Origin: a virus
Lineage: Duplodnaviria; Caudoviricetes
Direction: 5' to 3' (one strand)
Length of the DNA: 64,000 nt
IMG/VR virus record: IMGVR_UViG_3300022923_000005
Location: 32,001 to 96,000 of that record
Below are positions 8,745-18,131 of the stretch, in pieces. The notes under the pieces are model-generated. The model saw only the letters and a program-made list of their open reading frames with translations. It was not told where the DNA came from and searched no databases. Position 1 is the stretch's first letter. The number at the start of each line of letters is the position of its first letter. The position numbers and the translations under genes were made by a program.

Positions 8745-9122
8745 TTACACAACCACATTACGTTCTTTACTTACATCTGGTGTAGTTTGTCTATAACCAA
8801 GTGTTGAAGTTGACGGTCTATGATTATTCATAATCTCGCCTACTAATGCAGATACTTGTAGTTCTTGTAAACCAGATAATGTATCTAATAATTCATTAAT
8901 TGGAATGTTTTCTAGTTTTGCTTGTTTAAGTAAAACCGCTGCTGATAAATTTGCAGCAGGATCAGTAAATCCTTTTTTTCTAAAAAAGTTAATAGCAGCA
9001 TCAATGTCTGGAACTTTATAAGATAAAGGTTCTTTACCATATGTGTCAAAGAATAATTTAGTTCTTGCTCCACTATCTTGTACTATTTTTTGTGGTAAGT
9101 TAGTTTGTACTTCGCCTGCCAT
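8745..9122 (-). CDS. Hypothetical protein
   Basis: 125-aa ORF tightly packed in the operon. Confidence 0.6.
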   Translation of the reverse strand: MAGEVQTNLPQKIVQDSGARTKLFFDTYGKEPLSYKVPDIDAAINFFRKKGFTDPAANLSAAVLLKQAKLENIPINELLDTLSGLQELQVSALVGEIMNNHRPSTSTLGYRQTTPDVSKERNVVV

Positions 9123-9123
9123 A

Positions 9124-10233
9124 TTATGTTCCTATATCCTGTCTACCTACTCCACTACCGCCTAATACTTTTTTTGGTGATGCAGTTGTAGTTCCTTTTG
9201 TGTTTGTATTCTTAGGAAACACTGCTCCTACTACACCATTAATTGTATTTGCAACAGTCTGTTGGCCTGCTGGACTAGTTAAAATATTAATACCTTCTTG
9301 TAAGATACTGTCCTTGCTTAAACCTTTTGCATTCTTGTAAGTGTTAATTGCTGATACTGCTGTGCTTAAGAAACCTTGTGGTGAACTAAATGCACTACCA
9401 TCACCAACAGCACCAAATACTGATTCTAATCCGTCAAGTACGCCACCGCTGCCGAGTAAGTTACTTACTCCGCCACCGCCCATTTGCAATGGACCTGGTG
9501 TAGTATCATAATGTAAAGTTGCAAAGCCTTTAGGCGAACCTTCACTAACAGTACCTGCTGAATATCTCACTGCTTCATATTGCAGTTGCATTGTACTTTC
9601 TGCAGGTTCACTTCCTGCCTGATAATCAAAGTCACCGTGTTGCCAAGATGTAATTCTTGGATTAATTAATTCGTAGCCAATAAATCTTCTACGACCCATT
9701 GTGTAGATTTGCACACTCTTAAATAATGGTGTGGTAATATTATTATCTAAACCATATCTATACTGGTCCATATTAGTATCAGTAACACGATAATGATTAA
9801 AGTCAAATGCAGAGTTAGGTAAGTTTCTATCTGCAACATAGTATCCGTAATACAATGCCCAAAGTGCATTTACTACACCTTGATTATCATCGTGGAATGT
9901 AAACTGTACAGGATCATAATTAATCATCTTATAGATAATTTTCTTTCTATTATACTGATTCAAAACTTCTGTATCAAATTTAAAACTAGGTAAGTTGATA
10001 TTTTTAACTAACAATCCAACTTCTTCTGCGTGTTTAGCAGTAAAGTTAGGTGCTTTATGTGCTGAAGGATCTAATTCAACTCTTACGTAGTAGTTGTATT
10101 TGTGTTTAGGAGAAAGTCTAAAATTATCATCAATAAACAATCTAGTAGCGTGTGTATAGTTCGCTACTCTACCTTTAGGATTTGACAGTCCTGTGAACAC
10201 ATCTGTTAGAAATCTTGTAAACTTGTTGGCCAT
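9124..10233 (-). CDS. Tail-tube-fold baseplate/tube initiator (gp54/gp48-like)
   Basis: Tube-like features (PKHKYNYYV, LP.F, YDPVQFTFHDD, L.NP.I); directly after gp19. Confidence 0.6.
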   Translation of the reverse strand: MANKFTRFLTDVFTGLSNPKGRVANYTHATRLFIDDNFRLSPKHKYNYYVRVELDPSAHKAPNFTAKHAEEVGLLVKNINLPSFKFDTEVLNQYNRKKIIYKMINYDPVQFTFHDDNQGVVNALWALYYGYYVADRNLPNSAFDFNHYRVTDTNMDQYRYGLDNNITTPLFKSVQIYTMGRRRFIGYELINPRITSWQHGDFDYQAGSEPAESTMQLQYEAVRYSAGTVSEGSPKGFATLHYDTTPGPLQMGGGGVSNLLGSGGVLDGLESVFGAVGDGSAFSSPQGFLSTAVSAINTYKNAKGLSKDSILQEGINILTSPAGQQTVANTINGVVGAVFPKNTNTKGTTTASPKKVLGGSGVGRQDIGT

Positions 10234-10249
10234 ACTATTATTTAGCCAT

Positions 10250-10280
10250 AAAAAAAGCCCGGAAAAATATCCGGGCTTTT
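10250..10280 (-). terminator. Intrinsic terminator after gp18-gp19
   Basis: AAAAGCCCGGA-loop-TCCGGGCTTTTTTT. Confidence 0.85.
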
Positions 10281-10302
10281 AGTGTTTTTAATAAAACTAG
10301 TA

Positions 10303-10947
10303 TTAAGCGCCTTGAGCTGCTGTAGCACCAGTAGTAGTGTTGCCGAGTGTTCTTTCGACAGTAGCACCAATACCAACACCAACGCCTTGCTCGCCTGCAC
10401 CCCATTGTACCATATTATCAAAGCGTATAGTTAGTGCAACTTGCATCGCTTCGTTAGTACCATAGTTTGCATCGCCGTAATCAACGTTAGTTAGGAAACA
10501 ACCGTACATATTTTGTGTTTCAAGCACGTTAACGCCTGCTGCGTTATTTCCGTTACCACCGTCTAATACTTCAATCTTAGTTGTAAATTTGTAGTCAATA
10601 CCAGATCTTGCAGAAGCCTGTTCAACGAAGTCGAACTGTTTCTGTACCTGTTGACCGACAAGTTTTTGTACCTCGCCAGTCGCATCGTCACGTAAGTTAA
10701 GCGATAATGTTTCAAATGTGTACTTACCTGCTAGGTATACTTTTGAGTTGTATACGTCTAACGGCATTTCTTCAAAACCAACTTTTGGTCTTGAAACATC
10801 AACAACTTGCTTAGTAAGTTCTGTGGCAGCATTTACTCCGAATCCAAGTAAAGTAACGCGAAAGCGATACTTTAACTTTGGCATCAAGAGCACTTGGTTG
10901 CCTGCGTCTGTTGGTACCCCAAAGTTATTAAGTGATGTAATAGGCAT
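10303..10947 (-). CDS. gp19: Tail tube protein gp19
   Basis: PKLKYRFRV, RPKV.F, YLAGK, LRDD and YGCF...YGD motifs; directly downstream of the sheath gene. Confidence 0.85.
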   Translation of the reverse strand: MPITSLNNFGVPTDAGNQVLLMPKLKYRFRVTLLGFGVNAATELTKQVVDVSRPKVGFEEMPLDVYNSKVYLAGKYTFETLSLNLRDDATGEVQKLVGQQVQKQFDFVEQASARSGIDYKFTTKIEVLDGGNGNNAAGVNVLETQNMYGCFLTNVDYGDANYGTNEAMQVALTIRFDNMVQWGAGEQGVGVGIGATVERTLGNTTTGATAAQGA

Positions 10948-13900
10948 TATATTTCTCCTGTGTTCTTGACACGCAATGGAATGTAAATGAACTCAATAGC
11001 CTTAACAGGTTCAATAGCAATGTCTACATAAAGTTCATTTCTATCAATCCTTGCTGGCGTATTGTTTGTTTCATCACAAACAACAGCGAAATCATAAAGA
11101 GCTCTTAAGCCAACTAACTCAAGTAGTAAACTTTCTACTGCTTGTTTGACTTCGTCTCTAGTGATTTTATCATTTGGTTCAAAGATATACGGACGAGCCA
11201 ATTTATTAAGTTGACTACGTAAGTATACTACCAATCTTGCAACGTTAATTCTGTCTAACGCGGATGCATTTCTGCCTCTTGTCTTCTGACCGTAGTTAAC
11301 TAATCCAACACCATTAAAGAATGTAATTGGGTTAATCTTTTGATCATATAACGTATCACGCTGTCCTTCGTTAAGTGCAACTGTTTGGAATTCGCCTGTC
11401 GCTGCATCAATAAATCCTACTGCTGTAGCATTGCTAATTCCACCACGTCTTGTACCTGCTGGTGCAAACCACGGAAACGATACTTGATCGCTTAGTGCAA
11501 TAGTTCTTAGCATCATATGTGAGCTAGGAACAACTGCGTTTGCTCCGCCTAGGTCTGTTGTAAATCCATTTGGATAAAATACTGCCATATACTCATCGTA
11601 TGTAACAATACCGTTATCGTTGTTGTCTACAACTAGTTCTGCATTAGAACCATAGTTTGTTAGTGATGTAGCATCTGCTGGTAATCTAAATGGTGTGTCA
11701 CCAACTACAAATGCTGTTAAGCCTCTGTCAATGTTTAAGTTAACAAGGTTGCTCATTGTTTCTGTGTAACCTGGACAAGCAATTAAGTTAAAGTTACGTC
11801 TTTCTTCGTCTCTAATCTCATCACTTGTGTCAATTGCAGATTTCAATGCTTGTGTAACAACCATACGCTGTGCTTTTCTACCAAATGATCCGCTACCATC
11901 TTCTTGGTTGCCTGACTCAGTAGTCCATCTGTCTGTTGCGTAGTTTGTCATTGACTCACTGTTGTTAAATCTTTCATTATCAGCAGTTGTGTCAATGTAA
12001 TTGTTGTTGTACTTCTTAACGTTACCACCACTTCTACGTAAGTTCCATAACAACATACCCTGCGGATAAAGTGCAGGATCTGGAGCATCTGGATCTAAGT
12101 AGTCGCTTGTAAGTAAGTCTTTGATTTCTGCTGCTGTGTTACCAGTAGCACCTGATAAACCAAAACGTGCATCTGCAAACAGTACACCTTCTTCTGTAGT
12201 TTGATCAGTTTTATCAATTTGTACCCAAGCAAGTGTAGTTCCGTTCCATCTGTAAATAGTTGGGAAGTTCTCTAAATCTGCTGTGCTAATCCAAAGATCA
12301 CCATCTACTAGTGCAGTACCATCTGATTGTCCAGTAGTTGCACTTGGCTCAGTTGCTGAAACAATTGGGCCATTTGGTGAAGTTGTAGCATAAACATTTT
12401 GATATCCAACCCAAGTAGTACCATTGTGTACCATAATGTCAACTTCGCTAAACTCTGGATTGTACCAAAGTTGTCCGTCTGCTGGTTCATTTTCTGGATT
12501 GTCTGAACTTGCTTTAAAGTCACTTGCTGCTAGTGGCTGCCATAAACTTGCTACAAAGTCATCATCACTTCCTGCTGGTGCAGCATATAAGTTTGCTGTG
12601 CCTGCTAAAGTGTTAATGTTGTATGCTGGGAAAGCCGCTGCAATTGGTGTGTTAGCACCGTCTTTTAATCTAAAGTCTCCACCTAATTTGTGGAAAATTT
12701 GTACTTCGTTATCAGTTGTTACTGCTGCTTCAATGTTAGTAAAGCCTGCACTGTTAACTGCGTCAGCAAGTAAGTCTGCGTCTGTAGTTGCACCAGTTGC
12801 TGTAAACGACACACTAATTGCCGTTGCTAAACTTGCGCTTCCTTTTACACTTTCTGAAATTTCTACAGTGTTTATACCTGAAGTAAATGTAGATGATGTA
12901 ATTTCGCTTGACTTAATAATAGTGTTGCCAGTTCCTGCTCTGCGCCACATTCTAAATGTTGCAGTTGATGGAGTAGCATCAAAACCACTATGTTCGTTGC
13001 TGTTTGATTGTACAAAAATTGCATCAGTAGCAATGTTCGTGCCGCCGCCGCTTCTGTCTAACCAATATATAGCCTCGTGTCCTGTTCCGTAAATTGGACT
13101 GTTAACTGCGTTCCAAGTTGTTGTTGCAGATGACCAGTTATAAACTCTCCATCTTGCACCATTGTTAGGTTCAGTTGTTTTTAACCAAACACTTCCTGTT
13201 GGTCTTGGAGCACTGTCGCCTGTTTTCCATTGTGGAACAGTTGTATGTGCGCTTTGCTGTAATGCAGGTGAGTAATAAGTTCCTTTTGCAATACCTAATG
13301 TAGCAAAGTCAATTGCTGGACTTGTACTTGCATCATCAATAACAATTGCTTGTGTTAATGTTGAGTCTGCATTGTTAGCATCTTGCTCTTTGCCTTGTGC
13401 GTAAAGGTAAAGTTTACCACTTACGTTTCTAGCATAGATACCTTGTGTTCTGCTAATCTGTCCGTTAATTGCTGTTACTAAATCGTCAAGTGTGCCAGTT
13501 ACTTCAAAGTCTGTGCTGTTGATGCTGAACTTACCACTTGATGCAGTAAATGTGCCACCTGTAATTGTTGGGTGACTTGCAGTCCAATCATTACTACCAA
13601 CAAGTACCCAAGTACCTGCTGTTGGAGAAACACCATTACCAGCGGATTTGTAATACACTCTTGCTGTTTCTTTACTTGCAGTAAATGTTCCTGAACCGTC
13701 TACTGTTTCAAAAACGATTGCATAATCTCCGATAGCACCTACTGAACCTTTAGGTAATCCTGTACCGGAATCAATTTTAGTTGTATCTGTATCAGTTAAA
13801 ACAATTGGAGTCTTGTTAGTAAATTTTTGGCCGCCTGTTGTTGTTATTGCAGCGCCATTCCATTCCTGGATACCCCAAGTTGTTCCTCTAGTATCAACCC

Positions 13901-14306
13901 ACCAAGTACCATCATTTGGATTCGCTCCCGGAGCATCCGCTGTACCTGCCAGTTGACCTAAGTCTACGTTAGCTCTAGTAATAAATGCTGCGTTGCTTAC
14001 GCCTAGCAATGAATATGCTGCTAACAAACCATATTCGTTCAATTCACTTCCGTGAATTGGAGTATTACTTGCTGTCTTTTCAAAGTTTGGAACTCCAAAA
14101 AGATCTACTAATTCTTTCTGTGATGTTACCTTAAATGCTTTTCCAGCATTTGCGGCTGTTGTCGCTGAAGCAGTTCCTGTGCCAGCAGCGTTAATTTTAT
14201 CTTGGGCTGTTGCAACTACGATAAGAGGAGTAGTACCCGGTTCAGCGGGGGTGTAAAAACTCTCATCTATTACGGTTACTTCAACGCCTGGTGATTGTAG
14301 TGCCAT
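10947..14306 (-). CDS. gp18: Tail sheath protein gp18 (enlarged, 1119 aa)
   Basis: SPGVEVTVIDES N-terminus; PWFAPAG.RRG, RDTLY...INPI, GQKT, ALDRINV.RL, FEPND, VCDETNNT and IEFIYI motifs. Confidence 0.95.
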   Translation of the reverse strand: MALQSPGVEVTVIDESFYTPAEPGTTPLIVVATAQDKINAAGTGTASATTAANAGKAFKVTSQKELVDLFGVPNFEKTASNTPIHGSELNEYGLLAAYSLLGVSNAAFITRANVDLGQLAGTADAPGANPNDGTWWVDTRGTTWGIQEWNGAAITTTGGQKFTNKTPIVLTDTDTTKIDSGTGLPKGSVGAIGDYAIVFETVDGSGTFTASKETARVYYKSAGNGVSPTAGTWVLVGSNDWTASHPTITGGTFTASSGKFSINSTDFEVTGTLDDLVTAINGQISRTQGIYARNVSGKLYLYAQGKEQDANNADSTLTQAIVIDDASTSPAIDFATLGIAKGTYYSPALQQSAHTTVPQWKTGDSAPRPTGSVWLKTTEPNNGARWRVYNWSSATTTWNAVNSPIYGTGHEAIYWLDRSGGGTNIATDAIFVQSNSNEHSGFDATPSTATFRMWRRAGTGNTIIKSSEITSSTFTSGINTVEISESVKGSASLATAISVSFTATGATTDADLLADAVNSAGFTNIEAAVTTDNEVQIFHKLGGDFRLKDGANTPIAAAFPAYNINTLAGTANLYAAPAGSDDDFVASLWQPLAASDFKASSDNPENEPADGQLWYNPEFSEVDIMVHNGTTWVGYQNVYATTSPNGPIVSATEPSATTGQSDGTALVDGDLWISTADLENFPTIYRWNGTTLAWVQIDKTDQTTEEGVLFADARFGLSGATGNTAAEIKDLLTSDYLDPDAPDPALYPQGMLLWNLRRSGGNVKKYNNNYIDTTADNERFNNSESMTNYATDRWTTESGNQEDGSGSFGRKAQRMVVTQALKSAIDTSDEIRDEERRNFNLIACPGYTETMSNLVNLNIDRGLTAFVVGDTPFRLPADATSLTNYGSNAELVVDNNDNGIVTYDEYMAVFYPNGFTTDLGGANAVVPSSHMMLRTIALSDQVSFPWFAPAGTRRGGISNATAVGFIDAATGEFQTVALNEGQRDTLYDQKINPITFFNGVGLVNYGQKTRGRNASALDRINVARLVVYLRSQLNKLARPYIFEPNDKITRDEVKQAVESLLLELVGLRALYDFAVVCDETNNTPARIDRNELYVDIAIEPVKAIEFIYIPLRVKNTGEI

Positions 14307-14437
14307 TCCTGTTTCTCCTGGTAATGTAAAAGTATATTGTTATACCTAATCTGTATTACTAATGTATTTAGTAGGATTATCAAAAAAGTGCTGTTTATAC
14401 CGTAAGAAAAAGGGGTCTAAAAGGTGTAAATATATGT

Positions 14438-14773
14438 ATGAGACCACTATGTAAGTGCGGATTAAGACCCCGTGCAGTTAACTATAAGAAGCAAGGTAAG
14501 ACATATTACAGGAGTTTGTGTGAGGCTTGCAGTAAACACGGACTGTATCACGGTGTGCCTAGATGGCAACGTGCAGGATACAAAATTAAAAAACAGTGTG
14601 ATAAATGCGGCTTTCGATCACCACACAAAGAAGTATTCAGAGTATTTCACGTAGATGAAAACCTTGATAATTGCAGACCGCAAAATCTAAAAACTGTATG
14701 TGCTAATTGTAGGAGCGTGTTATCTAAAGAAAATATACGCTGGAAACAGGGTGACTTAGTGGCTGACTACTAG
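14438..14773 (+). CDS. Small Zn-finger/HNH-like nuclease
   Basis: CxC and CxxC pairs; FHVDENLDNC..NLKTVCANC HNH-type segment; TAAATA-N5-ATG. Confidence 0.7.
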   Translation: MRPLCKCGLRPRAVNYKKQGKTYYRSLCEACSKHGLYHGVPRWQRAGYKIKKQCDKCGFRSPHKEVFRVFHVDENLDNCRPQNLKTVCANCRSVLSKENIRWKQGDLVADY

Positions 14774-15379
14774 CAGATTTTCAACCTGTGCATACAACTG
14801 ATCAATAGATCCATTGTTCTCAACTACAGCATCAAACTTACTATTAATCCACGCCCATTCGCTAGGATGTATTTTTTGCTGTTTCATTTCGTTGATGTGA
14901 GAATTTGATCCTTCATTTGCTTGTTGTGCAGTTACGTACCAACTAGGTAAATCTCCACGTTTTACCCAAATAACTTTACCGCCTGCTTCGTGTATAACTT
15001 TAACTTCATTAGGAAATCTACAATCGCTAATAACAACATCATCTGTGCTATTACGTAATTTGTTCTCCAAACTTGCTACCCAAATATCATCGTGAAAGCC
15101 TTTTCTAGCAACTTCTGTACCCCAATATTGCAATACCCATCTTGGTGTTAAAGTTGGCATATCTAGTCGCTCTGCCCACCACGGGTCTATTTGTTCACGC
15201 CATTCACGAGCTTCTTTAGATCTACCTTCGAGCATTTCTCTATCCCAACCAAAAACGTAGGACACTGCATCTTTCAGTGTTCCTGCAAAACTTTCTCTTC
15301 TAAAGCCGTGATCGTTTGTTAGATAATCTGCTACTGTGTCTTTGCCGCAGCCAATAAAGCCGCAAATGCCTATAATCAT
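14756..15379 (-). CDS. gp1: Deoxynucleoside monophosphate kinase gp1
   Basis: IIGICG.IGCGKDT P-loop; FA..LK, TPR..LQ..GTE, ISDCRF.NE and H.SE motifs. Confidence 0.92.
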   Translation of the reverse strand: MIIGICGFIGCGKDTVADYLTNDHGFRRESFAGTLKDAVSYVFGWDREMLEGRSKEAREWREQIDPWWAERLDMPTLTPRWVLQYWGTEVARKGFHDDIWVASLENKLRNSTDDVVISDCRFPNEVKVIHEAGGKVIWVKRGDLPSWYVTAQQANEGSNSHINEMKQQKIHPSEWAWINSKFDAVVENNGSIDQLYAQVENLLVVSH

Positions 15380-15407
15380 AAATGATATCTCCTAAGTAAT
15401 ACTATAC

Positions 15408-15435
15408 ATTATAGCATCACTTACAGGAATGTCAA
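15408..15435 (-). promoter_or_regulatory. sigma70-type early promoter for the dNMP kinase
   Basis: TTGACA (15435-15430), a 16-nt spacer, TATAAT (15413-15408); SD AGGAG downstream. Confidence 0.75.
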
Positions 15436-15437
15436 GT

Positions 15438-15776
15438 CTAAATATAAGGTCTTGGCTGTCCGCCTTTGCCCGTATTAAGTTTACGTGCTAACACACTTGC
15501 TGTGTTAATGGACTTAGTTCTTTGTTGTCTACGTACTGCTGTAGGTCCAGTTCTAGCTCTGGTTGTCTTCATTTTTTGTGCTTTAGCAACATTATATTGT
15601 TGATGACATTTGGACGGATGACTTACTTGTCTACCTGCTCGTGGTCCTGATGAGCAACGAAAACGCAATTTGGTTTTTCCGCCTTTGGCAGTACCAGTTG
15701 TTCTACCCCAAACCATTTTGGCAGTCTCAGTGTAAAACTGTTCGTATTCTTCTGCTATAAATTCTGTTGCTTTCAT
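15438..15776 (-). CDS. Basic hypothetical protein with a CTS-like N-terminus
   Basis: Starts MKATEFIAEE; Arg/Lys-rich body. Confidence 0.6.
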   Translation of the reverse strand: MKATEFIAEEYEQFYTETAKMVWGRTTGTAKGGKTKLRFRCSSGPRAGRQVSHPSKCHQQYNVAKAQKMKTTRARTGPTAVRRQQRTKSINTASVLARKLNTGKGGQPRPYI

Positions 15777-16534
15777 TATCCGTTAATCCAATAGTATCCC
15801 TGTCCGCCTGGTACAAGTGTTACTAGTTCTGCTGTAAGTCTTTCAATATCTGAAAAACCTTCTTGCTTAATACTAGCACCATTAAGTGCAGTACCGCCTT
15901 GTGGTCCTGCAATACTAGCAAACTTTTCTCTTGCTTGTCCTAACATAACTTTACAGTTTGCAAGTGTATAATCTCTTATCCACTGTCCTGCATACTGATC
16001 ATTTATGATAGTGTAATCAGGCTTATTATTGTAACACCATAGGAGTACTTGTTCTTCTCCTCTTGGGCGTTGCATAATAATTAGTTTCTTGCTTTGTGGG
16101 TTCCAAGTAAAGTTGATAAATGAACCAAACATTTTACCTACTAGTTCTTGGTATCCTGCAAATAATTCGTATGTAGCAAGTCCACCCATATTTGTTGAAC
16201 TTAACAAATATGTGTTTGTGTATGCTAAGTTGAAGGGTTCAAAAACTGTACCACCAGTTCCATTACCTGTACGTGAACCAACTGAACGTCTAAAAATTTG
16301 TCTTACTTGCTGTATTTCATCAGGCAAAATATAATCATTCTTTTCTTTTTCAAGTGTTAGAGTGATGTAACTTTCTTCAACAGCATTATCAGATCTTTGT
16401 TTAAAAACACCTAATGCACGTTTAAGTCCTGTTTCATAGTGTACAGGATCTAGTTCGACGTCGATCATACCATCGCCGAGCATTGCTTTTACGTAATCAA
16501 ATACTTCTTGTTTTGCGTTGTCTATTTGGCTCAT
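15776..16534 (-). CDS. gp13: Neck protein gp13 (start revised to 16534)
   Basis: LG...IDVELD, W..DYTLA..K..LG..R.KF and GPQGG..LNG motifs; TAAATA-N5-ATG at 16534. Confidence 0.85.
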   Translation of the reverse strand: MSQIDNAKQEVFDYVKAMLGDGMIDVELDPVHYETGLKRALGVFKQRSDNAVEESYITLTLEKEKNDYILPDEIQQVRQIFRRSVGSRTGNGTGGTVFEPFNLAYTNTYLLSSTNMGGLATYELFAGYQELVGKMFGSFINFTWNPQSKKLIIMQRPRGEEQVLLWCYNNKPDYTIINDQYAGQWIRDYTLANCKVMLGQAREKFASIAGPQGGTALNGASIKQEGFSDIERLTAELVTLVPGGQGYYWING

Positions 16535-16539
16535 ATAAG

Positions 16540-16570
16540 TATTTATGCCTTGTGACGGAATAGGTAAATA
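16540..16570. promoter_or_regulatory. Back-to-back late promoters for gp13 (minus) and gp14 (plus)
   Basis: TAAATA on minus at 16545-16540 and TAAATA on plus at 16565-16570. Confidence 0.7.
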
Positions 16571-16578
16571 CATATACT

Positions 16579-17952
16579 ATGCCAAGACTGAGTTTATACC
16601 GTCCCGAGAAGGGAAACGACTACAAATTTATTGATAAAACTGCCTGGGAGATGTTCCAAGTTGGTGGTACCGATGTGCTTATACACCGCTATCTAGGACC
16701 TGGAACTAGCAGGGAAGAAACTCCTACTACACCTAAATATAACGCAAATGATCCTACAAATATTCAGGATATGTTATTCCTTGAAAATAGAGATCGTAAG
16801 TATGATCCTGATGTATATGTTTTACGTGGAGTATATAATGTAAATGATGTAGATTTTAATCTTAGTCAGTTTGGCTTGTTTTTACAAAACGACACATTGT
16901 TCATTACATTTCATATTAATGACACTGTTGAAAAATTAGGCAGAAAACTTATTGCAGGTGATGTAATTGAATTACCACACTTAAAGGACGAGTATGCATT
17001 AAATGATTTAAATTATGCACTCAAAAGATTTTATGTAATTGAAGATGTAAACAGAGCAGCAGAAGGTTTTTCTGTAACTTGGTATCCTCATTTATACAGA
17101 GCAAAATGTAAACCACTAGTAGACGCACAAGAGTTTAAAGATATTCTTGATGCTGTTGCAGGAGAAGAAAATAATAAAGGCGAATACAATGCCAATTCAA
17201 CTTACTTCCCTGGAGACATTGTTTCTTACAATGGAGAAAAATACGAAGCACTTGCAGAAACTACTGCATCACCACCGGGCGGTGACTGGAAACTTGCAGA
17301 TACACTTAAAGACATTATGTCTACTTACGAAAAAGAAATGCAAATTACAGGAGCAGTTCTCGATCAAGCAGAAAAAGATGCTCCGCAAAGTGGTTATGAT
17401 ACAACTAAATTTTACACACTACAGCGTGACGAAGTTGGCAATGCCGAACTAGTTACAGCAGACGACACACAATTATTAATACCATCAACTGATAAGAATG
17501 GTAATCCTATATATGATGATAATGGTGATGAAGTTTACACAAGTTATACAGCAGATATGGTTGCGGCTAACGCAGAAATGTCTGGTTATGATGGTTATCT
17601 TGTAGGCGATGGAATACCACCAAACGGTGCACCATTTACACAAGGTATTGCTTTCCCAATGAATCCAGGAGAAGGACAATTCCATCTTAGAACAGATTAC
17701 AAACCAACAAGACTTTTCATATTTAAGAAAGGCAGATGGGGCAAGGTTGAGGATGATGTAAGAATGACAATGAGCCACTTAGGACCAAGCGATGTTGCAG
17801 CAGGTAAAGACTTTGCTGGACACGATGCTAGAGAAAACAAAGGTCTCAAATCAACATTTATTAATAACACTAACACACAAGTTATTGATGGTAAGACAGT
17901 TAAAGAAAAACAAAGTCTGTCTAAAGCACTTAAACCGGAGGCAGATGAATAA
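16579..17952 (+). CDS. gp14: Neck protein gp14-like, extended
   Basis: LSQFGLFL..D, GDVIELP and YRAKC motifs; lies between gp13 and gp15. Confidence 0.7.
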   Translation: MPRLSLYRPEKGNDYKFIDKTAWEMFQVGGTDVLIHRYLGPGTSREETPTTPKYNANDPTNIQDMLFLENRDRKYDPDVYVLRGVYNVNDVDFNLSQFGLFLQNDTLFITFHINDTVEKLGRKLIAGDVIELPHLKDEYALNDLNYALKRFYVIEDVNRAAEGFSVTWYPHLYRAKCKPLVDAQEFKDILDAVAGEENNKGEYNANSTYFPGDIVSYNGEKYEALAETTASPPGGDWKLADTLKDIMSTYEKEMQITGAVLDQAEKDAPQSGYDTTKFYTLQRDEVGNAELVTADDTQLLIPSTDKNGNPIYDDNGDEVYTSYTADMVAANAEMSGYDGYLVGDGIPPNGAPFTQGIAFPMNPGEGQFHLRTDYKPTRLFIFKKGRWGKVEDDVRMTMSHLGPSDVAAGKDFAGHDARENKGLKSTFINNTNTQVIDGKTVKEKQSLSKALKPEADE

Positions 17953-18131
17953 TGCGTATTGATGAAATATTAGGATTTGCAACAAGCAGACCAAAAAAAC
18001 ATACAGTGAAAAGACGGCCTCCTGAACCTGAAGAAGATTCAGTTGCTGTAAAAATTAAGCAACGTAGAGCAGCGGCAGCAAAAGGTGACGACAACGCATT
18101 TAAACATAATTTTAAAAAGGCAAGTAAGTAA
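17952..18131 (+). CDS. 59-aa basic hypothetical protein (missed by the ORF track)
   Basis: MRIDEILGFATSRPKKHTVKRRPPEPEEDSVAVKIKQRRAAAAKGDDNAFKHNFKKASK*, with TAATG overlaps at both ends. Confidence 0.75.
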   Translation: MRIDEILGFATSRPKKHTVKRRPPEPEEDSVAVKIKQRRAAAAKGDDNAFKHNFKKASK

